A DNA stretch of 32,000 nt from Promethearchaeum syntrophicum (GTDB taxonomy: Archaea > Asgardarchaeota > Lokiarchaeia > Sigyniarchaeales > Promethearchaeaceae), in contig NZ_CP042905.2 of assembly GCF_008000775.2 (NCBI RefSeq), positions 2,850,001 to 2,882,000 of the forward strand, read 5' to 3'. Shown here piece by piece: positions 18,077 to 25,196 of the stretch. Each line of letters starts with the position of its first letter. The stretch's first letter is position 1. The notes under the pieces were generated by a model. The model did not search any database. It was not told the origin of the DNA and saw only the letters and a list, made by a program, of their open reading frames with translations. Both the position numbers and the translations under genes were made by a program.

Positions 18077-18520
18077 TTATTCATACATCTTAAAATAATC
18101 TTCAAAAATAAAAAGTAGATAATCGGTTGGAGTTCCTTCTTTGGATTCTATTATTTCCGAGAACGCGCGAATAAAGACTCCTTTTAAATTTTCAATCGCG
18201 AGGGGGCGCTCATTTGGTGGTAAAAGGGTAAATTTTTGTATTGGAATTGAACTCAATTCATGATAAATTTTAAAGCAGTATATCAAGTATTTGCGTATTT
18301 CCTTATTGCTAAGGGGTAATTTAGGATCCAAAAAAGAAACCATTCGAGAAATCAAGACATTTTCAGTTAATCCAACAGAATAATTCTGTATTGTAGCCAT
18401 TTTTTCTTCAAAAATTTTCTTATTGATTTTAAATTGGGGGTGGTTGTATTTAACAGAAGTCTCTTTAGGGATTAAAATGTTTTTCTCACTAAACGATTCC
18501 TTTTCGTTTCGATTTCTCAC
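18077..18520 (-). CDS. Hypothetical protein
   Basis: 147-aa ORF with a GTG start preceded by GAGGGT. Its composition is typical of the other genes in the window. No recognisable motifs. Confidence 0.5.
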   Translation of the reverse strand: MRNRNEKESFSEKNILIPKETSVKYNHPQFKINKKIFEEKMATIQNYSVGLTENVLISRMVSFLDPKLPLSNKEIRKYLIYCFKIYHELSSIPIQKFTLLPPNERPLAIENLKGVFIRAFSEIIESKEGTPTDYLLFIFEDYFKMYE

Positions 18521-18558
18521 TTATGATACCCTCTTAAGTTTGGGTAAAAGATTTCATG

Positions 18559-19155
18559 TCATTCTAAATTTTGGATAAGACTTTTAATGGAATCCTCAAT
18601 AAGTTTTTGACTTTTTTTTATCATTTCAGCGTCTTTATAAATTTTGGCGAGATAATTAGTAAAAATGAGATTATAGAGTAGAGATAGATCTTGATTTCCC
18701 TCTTCATCCAAACTGTTTAATTCTTTCTTAATTTTTTTGGTAAGTGTCTGATTGTTCTTTATAAGGAATTTTTCTATCCAAGACCACCCATTAACATCAA
18801 AAACTTGTTGTCTAATATTTTCGAGGGTTTTCGTAATAACAAGATAATAAATCATGATATCATCGCTATCGGTTTCAACCATCGCTTCAATATTTTGCTC
18901 GATATTGACTTGGAGAGAACTTAGATCAAGAGAAAATTTTTCTTCCAGCGCGTTTAGATAGGATGCAATGTCGTTATCGTAGATAAAAGAGAATACTTTA
19001 TCCAGATCAGCAATAAAGAAGGCTAAAAGTTTTTCTAATCCGCTGATTTCAACATAATCTCTCACATTTTTTCCCATCAATAAATCTTGACCTTCTCCCC
19101 TTACAACTAACGCATAAACACCTAATTGAAGCATTTCATTTTGAATTTCAGACAT
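18559..19155 (-). CDS. Hypothetical protein
   Basis: The track ORF extends to a GTG at 19167. I prefer the ATG at 19153-19155 (MSEIQNE...), because GGGGGA lies just upstream of it. No recognisable motifs. Confidence 0.55.
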   Translation of the reverse strand: MSEIQNEMLQLGVYALVVRGEGQDLLMGKNVRDYVEISGLEKLLAFFIADLDKVFSFIYDNDIASYLNALEEKFSLDLSSLQVNIEQNIEAMVETDSDDIMIYYLVITKTLENIRQQVFDVNGWSWIEKFLIKNNQTLTKKIKKELNSLDEEGNQDLSLLYNLIFTNYLAKIYKDAEMIKKSQKLIEDSIKSLIQNLE

Positions 19156-19405
19156 TTTTTCCCCCACTTTACTAAAATTTTAAGATATTACAAAAAATAT
19201 TGATGGTTAATTTCTATTAGATTCTATCGTCTTAAATAATTTTAAGATTTTGGATTTAATATATAAATCTCATTTACATTTAAATTTCGGATAGATTTTT
19301 TTCCATATCTTTGATTTAATTTATTTTATTTTATTTTTATTTATTTTGCTTTCTGTTGATTTTTGCGAATAATGCATTGGAAAATTCTAATAATATAAAA
19401 TAATT

Positions 19406-20227
19406 ATGTTCAATCAGAGTATAATCATGGAAAATTATGAAAATCTTACGATTAAAGTAGAAAAACTCTCAAAATCATTTAAAGAAGTTCAAGCAGTTAA
19501 TGACTTGTCTTTCCATATTAAAAAAGGAGAAATATACGGACTACTAGGTCCAAATGGTGCTGGAAAAACTACCACAATTAAGTTAATCTTAGGATTGTTA
19601 GAACCCGAAGTGGGAAACATCTCAGTTTTAGGATTAGATCCTGAAAAAAATGAAATTGAAATTAAAAACCAAGTTGGATATGTATCTGAAGAACCATTGA
19701 TTTACAAATCACTTACTCCCAAGGAATTATTCAATTTTATTGCGTCTATTAGAAAATTAGACGGGGATAAAACTACTCCAAAATTAGCACAATATTTAGA
19801 AAGTTTGAGCGCTGTTGAATATTATGAAAGGCTAATCTCAACACTTTCACGTGGAAATAAGCAAAAAATTCAAATCATTGCAGCTATTATGCATGATCCA
19901 GAAATTCTTATCATGGATGAACCGTTGACTGGATTAGATGCAAAATCTGTTAAGGTTGTAAAGGAAATCTTGGAATTGCACACAAATCGAGGAGGAGCTG
20001 TTTTATTTTCGACCCATATTATGGAAATAGCAGAGGACATCTGTGATCGCATAGGTATTATTAACCAAGGTAAGATGGTTGCAGAAGGAACCATGGAAAC
20101 TCTTAAGCAAAGTGTTAGTGCAATGGGAGAAAATTTGGATTTGGAAGATATTTTTCTAAAATTGACTGAACAAGATGATTCTATTAATCATATCATAGAA
20201 AATCTACGAAAAACGATGAATTTGTAA
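19406..20227 (+). CDS. ABC transporter ATP-binding protein (ABC-2/exporter type)
   Basis: Walker A GPNGAGKTT, signature LSRGNKQK, Walker B ILIMDEPLTGLD, H-loop FSTHIM. Confidence 0.9.
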   Translation: MFNQSIIMENYENLTIKVEKLSKSFKEVQAVNDLSFHIKKGEIYGLLGPNGAGKTTTIKLILGLLEPEVGNISVLGLDPEKNEIEIKNQVGYVSEEPLIYKSLTPKELFNFIASIRKLDGDKTTPKLAQYLESLSAVEYYERLISTLSRGNKQKIQIIAAIMHDPEILIMDEPLTGLDAKSVKVVKEILELHTNRGGAVLFSTHIMEIAEDICDRIGIINQGKMVAEGTMETLKQSVSAMGENLDLEDIFLKLTEQDDSINHIIENLRKTMNL

Positions 20228-20263
20228 GATTTTAAAAAAAAATTTAGGATAAAAACGATTGAA

Positions 20264-21997
20264 ATGAAAAACAAACAGTTATACAAAATATCAAAGTATG
20301 CCTATAAAGAAGCATTTTTAGAAAGCCAATTGGAAATGGCAGGAGTAAACCAAGCACAAATTCTCGAAAAAATGGAAAAGAATGCAAAATATATGCGTAC
20401 TCAAGATATAGCAATGAAAATTGTAGTTATGATATATCTTGCATCAATGGTTATTTTACCTGTTCAAGTGTTTGGGCTATTGAATAATACAATTGGGAGA
20501 GGAATACCTGCCCAATGGGCAATTTTTGCAGGTGGAATTTCCTTTAGTATCTTTTTTGCGATTCAGCTAATGTTTTTACTCACATTTGGAGTATATATTT
20601 CATCAGGATTTTTTTCGGGAGAAGAGTTCAAATGGTTATCAACATTACCGCTATCCAAAAAAGAGCTTCATAAGGTAACATTATTTACATTTTTCCGAAC
20701 AGTAGATGCTCAATTTTTTGCTTTAACTCTTGGATTTCCTATTGCTACGTTTTTTGCTACAAAAAACATTCTTATTACTTTCATCAGTCTCATCGTATCT
20801 TTATTGAATATGGTTTTTTCGATTGGGATTCTCGCTGTATTAGGTGAAAAATTACATAGAATAATGAAAAACTCAGATGTAACCTCGAAAAAGGCTTCAT
20901 TAATTCGGGTTTCTGTAATGGTTGGATATGCTGTCTTGACAATAGGGATTGCTTTAAGTTTTAATTTAATAGTTCCTAAAATTGAACCATTTTTTTTGAA
21001 TTATCCTACAAATTTAGATCCATATGAATTTGTAAACAAATTTATTGGAATTATACCCTATCCTTTCAGCGGGGGTTTTTTAATATCAAATTTATATATT
21101 AATTCTCAAGATGTCCCTTTCGCCCAATATTTTACTCCAATTTTAGGAATTATTTTACTAATTATTATAAATCTCCGGTTTTATCGAACTGTAATGAAAA
21201 AGATGAATAATCTTATTTTTAAAAAAACAGGACGATTACAGGATGAGGAAAAACTAAAAATAACCGAAATTAAAGACATAAAACTAATAACCGTAAAACC
21301 TATGAACGCTTTTTTCAAGAGAGATAAAAAAATGGCATCTAGGGATGTCCAAGTTATTATGATGATTGTGATGCCCATTTTATTACCATTCGTTAGTTTT
21401 GCATCCTTGGCGATCGGAGCTGAAGAAATAGGGAAAGATTTCGATATGGTTATTATGTTGATGAATCTCTCATATTGGATGATGAGCGGTGTTATAATAA
21501 TTGTCACTTTACTCAATATTGAAAGTTCTGGTGCAACAATAACTCAAGCGTTACCAATTAATCCTCGAGATCAAGCAATTGCAAAAATTAAATGGCTCTT
21601 GATCATTCTACCAATATCTTCATTTATTTCCCTTGTTCCATTTATTGGAAAAGAAGCTTTCGTAAAAAATTTTATTTATATCCTAATTACAATGAGTCTT
21701 GGACCTTTAACGGGAATTCTCACTTTATTATTACGCGTAAGGTTCTTTGGAAAATTGAAAAATAAATATGTTATGGGAGAAATAAATCTTGGAGCGAAAA
21801 TCTGGAAATGGGTGTTAATTGTTATTGTTGACATTATATTATATATTGTAATAGCAGCGGGATTTGGAATTATTCTATTAACTTATAATTTAGCAATTCT
21901 TTCACTAGTGTTTATTGTAGGCGAAGTAGTAATTCTTTTTATACTTAGTTTTTTTTTCAATCGAATGTTTCCGAAAAAACAAGTTCAAAAAATTTAA
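20264..21997 (+). CDS. Large polytopic membrane protein, putative permease partner of the ABC ATPase
   Basis: 577 aa with many hydrophobic segments. It starts 36 nt downstream of the ATPase on the same strand. No conserved permease motif was recognised. Confidence 0.6.
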   Translation: MKNKQLYKISKYAYKEAFLESQLEMAGVNQAQILEKMEKNAKYMRTQDIAMKIVVMIYLASMVILPVQVFGLLNNTIGRGIPAQWAIFAGGISFSIFFAIQLMFLLTFGVYISSGFFSGEEFKWLSTLPLSKKELHKVTLFTFFRTVDAQFFALTLGFPIATFFATKNILITFISLIVSLLNMVFSIGILAVLGEKLHRIMKNSDVTSKKASLIRVSVMVGYAVLTIGIALSFNLIVPKIEPFFLNYPTNLDPYEFVNKFIGIIPYPFSGGFLISNLYINSQDVPFAQYFTPILGIILLIIINLRFYRTVMKKMNNLIFKKTGRLQDEEKLKITEIKDIKLITVKPMNAFFKRDKKMASRDVQVIMMIVMPILLPFVSFASLAIGAEEIGKDFDMVIMLMNLSYWMMSGVIIIVTLLNIESSGATITQALPINPRDQAIAKIKWLLIILPISSFISLVPFIGKEAFVKNFIYILITMSLGPLTGILTLLLRVRFFGKLKNKYVMGEINLGAKIWKWVLIVIVDIILYIVIAAGFGIILLTYNLAILSLVFIVGEVVILFILSFFFNRMFPKKQVQKI

Positions 21998-22001
21998 ATT
22001 G
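21987..22001 (+). promoter_or_regulatory. Archaeal BRE/TATA promoter of ncRNA copy 1
   Basis: AAAAAATTTAAATTG. The TATA octamer TTTAAATT (21993-22000) ends 22 nt before the first base of the RNA closing stem (22023), so its centre is at about -26/-27. The block is identical to the one upstream of copy 2. It overlaps the stop codon of the upstream membrane-protein gene. Confidence 0.6.
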
Positions 22002-22022
22002 TGAAAACCAAATATTAATACA

Positions 22023-22170
22023 AATCCCTGGCGTTTCTCTTAATTGAGGAAGCTGCAGTGAGACACTGCAGTGGAATACTAAGGAATTCATATTACAATA
22101 CTGATCCATACATGGCGTCTGGATAAGTTTCCGATCGGAGATCGGAAAAATGCTGTAGTTTGCAGGGATT
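22023..22170 (+). ncRNA. Unclassified structured ncRNA, tandem copy 1
   Basis: The closing stem pairs AATCCCTG (22023-22030) with CAGGGATT (22163-22170). A perfect 8-bp hairpin is CTGCAGTG-AGA-CACTGCAG (22053-22071). An imperfect hairpin is TGATCCATAC-ATGGC-GTCTGGATAA. A 9-bp hairpin is TTTCCGATC-GGA-GATCGGAAA (22128-22148). A promoter lies upstream and a T5 run downstream. Confidence 0.6.
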
Positions 22171-22174
22171 ATAC

Positions 22175-22179
22175 TTTTT
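22175..22179 (+). terminator. Oligo-T terminator of ncRNA copy 1
   Basis: A TTTTT run lies 4 nt after the closing stem. Its context (ATTATAC-TTTTT-CC) is conserved with copy 2. Confidence 0.5.
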
Positions 22180-22240
22180 CCATAGCTTTTAATTCTAAAG
22201 AAATTACCAAACTAGTCATAGATCTTTAGTATTTCATACT

Positions 22241-22254
22241 AAAAATTTAAATTG
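22241..22254 (+). promoter_or_regulatory. Archaeal BRE/TATA promoter of ncRNA copy 2
   Basis: AAAAATTTAAATTG is identical to the copy-1 block. TTTAAATT (22246-22253) again ends exactly 22 nt before the RNA start at 22276. Confidence 0.6.
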
Positions 22255-22275
22255 ATAAAATTAAATATAAACTTG

Positions 22276-22425
22276 AATCCCTGGAGTTTCTCTTAATTGA
22301 GGAAGCTGCAGTGAGACACTGCAGTTGAATACGAAGGAATCTATATTACAATACTCATCCATACATGGCGTATGGATGACTTTTTCACACTTTGTGCGAA
22401 AAACATGCTGTAGTTGGCAGGGATT
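22276..22425 (+). ncRNA. Unclassified structured ncRNA, tandem copy 2
   Basis: The architecture matches copy 1. The closing stem pairs 22276-22283 with 22418-22425. The CTGCAGTG-AGA-CACTGCAG hairpin is identical. There is a perfect 10-bp hairpin, TCATCCATAC-ATGGC-GTATGGATGA (22354-22378). The last hairpin is replaced by TTTTTCACAC-TTT-GTGCGAAAAA (22381-22403). The RNA ends 20 nt from the RT stop codon on the opposite strand. Confidence 0.6.
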
Positions 22426-22428
22426 ATA

Positions 22429-22435
22429 TTTTTTT
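22429..22435 (+). terminator. Oligo-T terminator of ncRNA copy 2
   Basis: A T7 run lies 3 nt after the closing stem. Confidence 0.5.
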
Positions 22436-22445
22436 CCTATTATTT

Positions 22446-24020
22446 TTATTTTCTATTTAGTTCTCTTAATTTCTGAAAGAGAAGAGAAAATTTATTTGCT
22501 TTTTCTGGATTCACCATGTGTAAATAGGCAATTTTGCCTTGAAGTTGATTGTAAATGATATCTCCTTCTTCTCCTTGGGGCAATCCAAATTTCTGGTATC
22601 GATATAACTCCCCCCTTAAAGAATTCACCCATTTTCTATCAACATTGAGCTTCTCATTCACTATGATTCCGGTAACTGCCTTTCGATTTCCTTTTCTGAA
22701 TACTTTCGTTTTTTTTAAATTTGGATACAATTTTTCATCCCGAATGATATGATAAACAGATGCAATGAATTTTCTAACTTGGATCTTTTCATTTATTGAT
22801 GAAAAAGTTAGATCATCGGCATACCTTGTATATTTCAAGCCATATTTATTCGCTAATCCATTTATTCTGACATCCATTCTTGAAGCATACAAATTACCAA
22901 TCATGGGACTGGTTGGTGCTCCTTGTGGAACAAATCTTTTTGAGTGATACCAATCAGTACATAAGCAAGCAAGTACACCAGATACTGGCCTGTTATATCC
23001 GATACCTCGAAAAACATGTAGAACATGCCAGAATTTTAATGAGGGAAAGAAATTGAGGAGATCGATTTTTATAAGAGTATTTGCCTTAAGATGAATACGA
23101 GCATTATCTACTGTAGATTTTCCAGGTACAAAACCATAACAATAATCGGGAATTTCCACTTTTTCAAGAATATCCCGTAAAATTTTTAGTTGTAGCTGTT
23201 TTAACCAATAATTCGGGTTTGAAATTAGACGTCTCTTTTTATTTGGAAATTCAATAAATTTATGAGTATAAAATGGACTTTCAAGTTCTTTGAATGATGG
23301 TATTTCAATTTCAGGTTGTTTTTTGGATTTCTTCTTTTTTTCTTCCTTTAATTCTGAGTAAGATTTTTTTATATATCTATAATCATCTGGAATAGTGTTT
23401 TGTCCAAAATTCTCAAACATTTTTTTCCGTTTTATATAATAAGCTGTCCTTTTAGTTTTTTGATTATATGAATAACCCAATAAAGCATTTACTCTAATCT
23501 TAAAATAAAGTGCAAGGTCGATTATTGAATTAAATTGTGGGATGGTATGTTCTGGTTTTAATTTGAAATGGAATTTCTTTTTGAAATGCTTTTTATCATA
23601 AACTTCTTTATTCAAGCCAGGACCGAAATATACCCGTCTTAAAAGAGGAAAAATTTCTTCAATTTGTTTTATCCTTTCATTAGGTAATTCATTTGTATGT
23701 TTGTTAATAATATTAAGCATTGAACGCTTTAGAATGGTGTTTTTTAATGATTTATCACCTGTTCTAAATTTATAATTAATTGTTTTCCTAATAGACTGTA
23801 AATATGTTTTAAAATATTCATCCGAAAGACTTTGAATGTTATAATATATTTCCTTTTCAATGCTTGGTTCATTAGATTTAATATATTTATTCCAACGATA
23901 ATCACCATGTAAATATCCGCTATATCCTAATAATTTGGCGAGACATAAACAAAAAACAAAAATCATGAAAGCGATAATAATAAGACCAGCTGCTTCTCCA
24001 GATAATCCTTCTAATAACAT
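22446..24020 (-). CDS. Reverse transcriptase, retron-like clade, with an N-terminal transmembrane segment and a long N-terminal extension
   Basis: 524 aa. RT motifs 1-3: YTHKFIEFPNKKRRLISNPNYWLKQLQLKILRDIL...GFVPGKSTVDNA...IKIDLLNFFPS. Motif 4: VPQGAPTSPMIGNLY. Motif 5: YTRYADDLTFS. Retron-type motif 7: RKAVTGIIVNEKLNV. The N-terminus has one hydrophobic helix (AAGLIIIAFMIFVFCLCLAKLLGY). About 270 aa, including a Lys-rich stretch, precede motif 1. No endonuclease or group-II maturase domain was recognised. Confidence 0.9.
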   Translation of the reverse strand: MLLEGLSGEAAGLIIIAFMIFVFCLCLAKLLGYSGYLHGDYRWNKYIKSNEPSIEKEIYYNIQSLSDEYFKTYLQSIRKTINYKFRTGDKSLKNTILKRSMLNIINKHTNELPNERIKQIEEIFPLLRRVYFGPGLNKEVYDKKHFKKKFHFKLKPEHTIPQFNSIIDLALYFKIRVNALLGYSYNQKTKRTAYYIKRKKMFENFGQNTIPDDYRYIKKSYSELKEEKKKKSKKQPEIEIPSFKELESPFYTHKFIEFPNKKRRLISNPNYWLKQLQLKILRDILEKVEIPDYCYGFVPGKSTVDNARIHLKANTLIKIDLLNFFPSLKFWHVLHVFRGIGYNRPVSGVLACLCTDWYHSKRFVPQGAPTSPMIGNLYASRMDVRINGLANKYGLKYTRYADDLTFSSINEKIQVRKFIASVYHIIRDEKLYPNLKKTKVFRKGNRKAVTGIIVNEKLNVDRKWVNSLRGELYRYQKFGLPQGEEGDIIYNQLQGKIAYLHMVNPEKANKFSLLFQKLRELNRK

Positions 24021-24173
24021 TCTTTTGTGTACTCCTTACATTTTTGATTAATAGTAATATCTTACTTATTGCACATTTTCTTAATATTTCTTTGTATCCT
24101 TTTAGAAAAATTTGTATTTGAACCTAAAGATAAATAAAAATTATTAGTCAATAATTGATTCTAGTTCAATGGA

Positions 24174-25196
24174 ATGAAAAAATTAATTCTTGTTCAATGG
24201 AATGTTAAAACGGGACCTTTAAACTTGGTTCAATTCCCGCCTGAAGAAGAAATTATTCCAAATGAATTTCTTTTAAAAATCTGGGCAAAACATGAGATGA
24301 ACTCAGATTCTAATTTCTGTTCTTTAAAAGAAGGAAAAAAATATTATTGTTCACTATTAAAAATTCACAAAATAGAAAATCAACCTTATTTTATCATATT
24401 GGAATTGGATGAAAATGATGATGTGCGAATTTTTGAGGAGATTCTAGAAAATATTGCTGAAGATTTAATCCTTAAAGTCGGTAAACCTTATTTTTCTCAT
24501 GTTTTGACAGAAACATATACAACAATTAAACATTATTCAGATTTAGATGAGTTTCAAATATTTTTAAGATTATTTGAGGATAAAAACCGCATAGATATTT
24601 TACATATTTTAAGAAAGGGAGTGATTTCTAAGCCTAAATTAGAACAGAATCTTGAAGAACAATTCGGTTATGCAAATTTAAATCTAGATTTATTACTGAC
24701 TCCTTTCATCAGATTAGGTATGATATCAGTTTTAAATGATCCAGGGAGTAATATATCATTTTATTTAACGTATGATGCTTATGCATGTCGAATACCTCCG
24801 AAACAATCCCCAAAAGTAGTTGATCTAGAACAGAAAATCATAAAATTTTTCTCAATTCCTCAAATCTTAGATGATGATTTACTTCAAGATATCGTGAAGT
24901 TACATCAGCAACCAGGTGTGAAAGAATTAAACTCGCTCTTAAGAGAAGATGTTCCAAATGGAATAGATTATGAGATTGCACTAACTACAGTTAGAAATGA
25001 TCCTACAATATTGGAGGAGCTTGAAAGATTTTCTTTTATTTATATATATGAAGAAAAACAAGTGTTTTTATTTTCTAATTTGCAATTTGTGAAATTTAAT
25101 CCTAGCTATCTTTTGCATATTTTGAAAAAACGTTATGAATCAAAGGAAATTTCTTTAGAACAATTGATTCATCAAATAGAATTTATTTCAAAATAA
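24174..25196 (+). CDS. Hypothetical protein: N-terminal longin/roadblock-like domain plus a probable winged-helix region
   Basis: 340 aa. The N-terminal ~115 aa are paralogous to the 4448-4831 product. The middle segment (NRIDILHILRKGVISKPKLEQNLEEQFGYANLNLDLLLTPFIRLGMISV) looks like a wHTH. The gene is divergent from the RT across a 153-nt spacer. Confidence 0.65.
   Translation: MKKLILVQWNVKTGPLNLVQFPPEEEIIPNEFLLKIWAKHEMNSDSNFCSLKEGKKYYCSLLKIHKIENQPYFIILELDENDDVRIFEEILENIAEDLILKVGKPYFSHVLTETYTTIKHYSDLDEFQIFLRLFEDKNRIDILHILRKGVISKPKLEQNLEEQFGYANLNLDLLLTPFIRLGMISVLNDPGSNISFYLTYDAYACRIPPKQSPKVVDLEQKIIKFFSIPQILDDDLLQDIVKLHQQPGVKELNSLLREDVPNGIDYEIALTTVRNDPTILEELERFSFIYIYEEKQVFLFSNLQFVKFNPSYLLHILKKRYESKEISLEQLIHQIEFISK

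Noticed and set aside
21181-21516. The 111-aa minus-strand ORF inside the membrane-protein gene. The other short antisense ORFs are treated the same way: 4051-4248, 4608-4802, 6819-7028, 7870-8094, 9316-9531, 10312-10506, 12828-13025, 14299-14499, 15139-15363, 15810-16013, 16471-16668, 16905-17105, 19870-20094, 22555-22752, 22765-22947, 27726-27950, 29652-29873 and 31457-31684.
   Set aside because: All are embedded antisense in longer ORFs that carry clear family motifs. They are shadow frames.
22023-22425. The two repeats as the template and variable repeats of a diversity-generating retroelement
   Set aside because: Differences between the copies are not adenine-specific: they include C/A, G/T, T/G, G/C changes and a whole-hairpin swap. 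Neither copy lies inside the 3' end of a target gene. Both have their own promoter and terminator.
22023-22425. The repeats as MITE copies (8-bp terminal inverted repeats AATCCCTG/CAGGGATT)
   Set aside because: This is not fully excluded. However, conservation extends outside the inverted repeats to a precisely spaced BRE/TATA block and an oligo-T run. One hairpin shows a stem-preserving replacement. No target-site duplication is apparent. An RNA gene is the better reading.
22325-22558. The 77-aa plus-strand ORF in the track
   Set aside because: It has a TTG start. It lies across ncRNA copy 2 and the antisense of the RT 3' end. Its Cys/Phe-rich composition is implausible for a protein here.
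22023-24020. A group II intron, with the RT as intron-encoded protein and the repeats as ribozyme domains
   Set aside because: The RT has retron-type VTG motifs and lacks a recognisable maturase or En domain. No domain V-like hairpin (AGC triad, GNRA loop) is visible. The structured element is duplicated and carries promoter signals on the opposite strand.
24164-24204. An exact 13-nt direct repeat GTTCAATGGAATG (24164-24176 and 24192-24204) spanning the start codon of the 24174 gene
   Set aside because: The repeat is real in the sequence, but I cannot assign it a function. It may be a small duplication scar or chance in AT-rich DNA. It is too short to support a regulatory claim.
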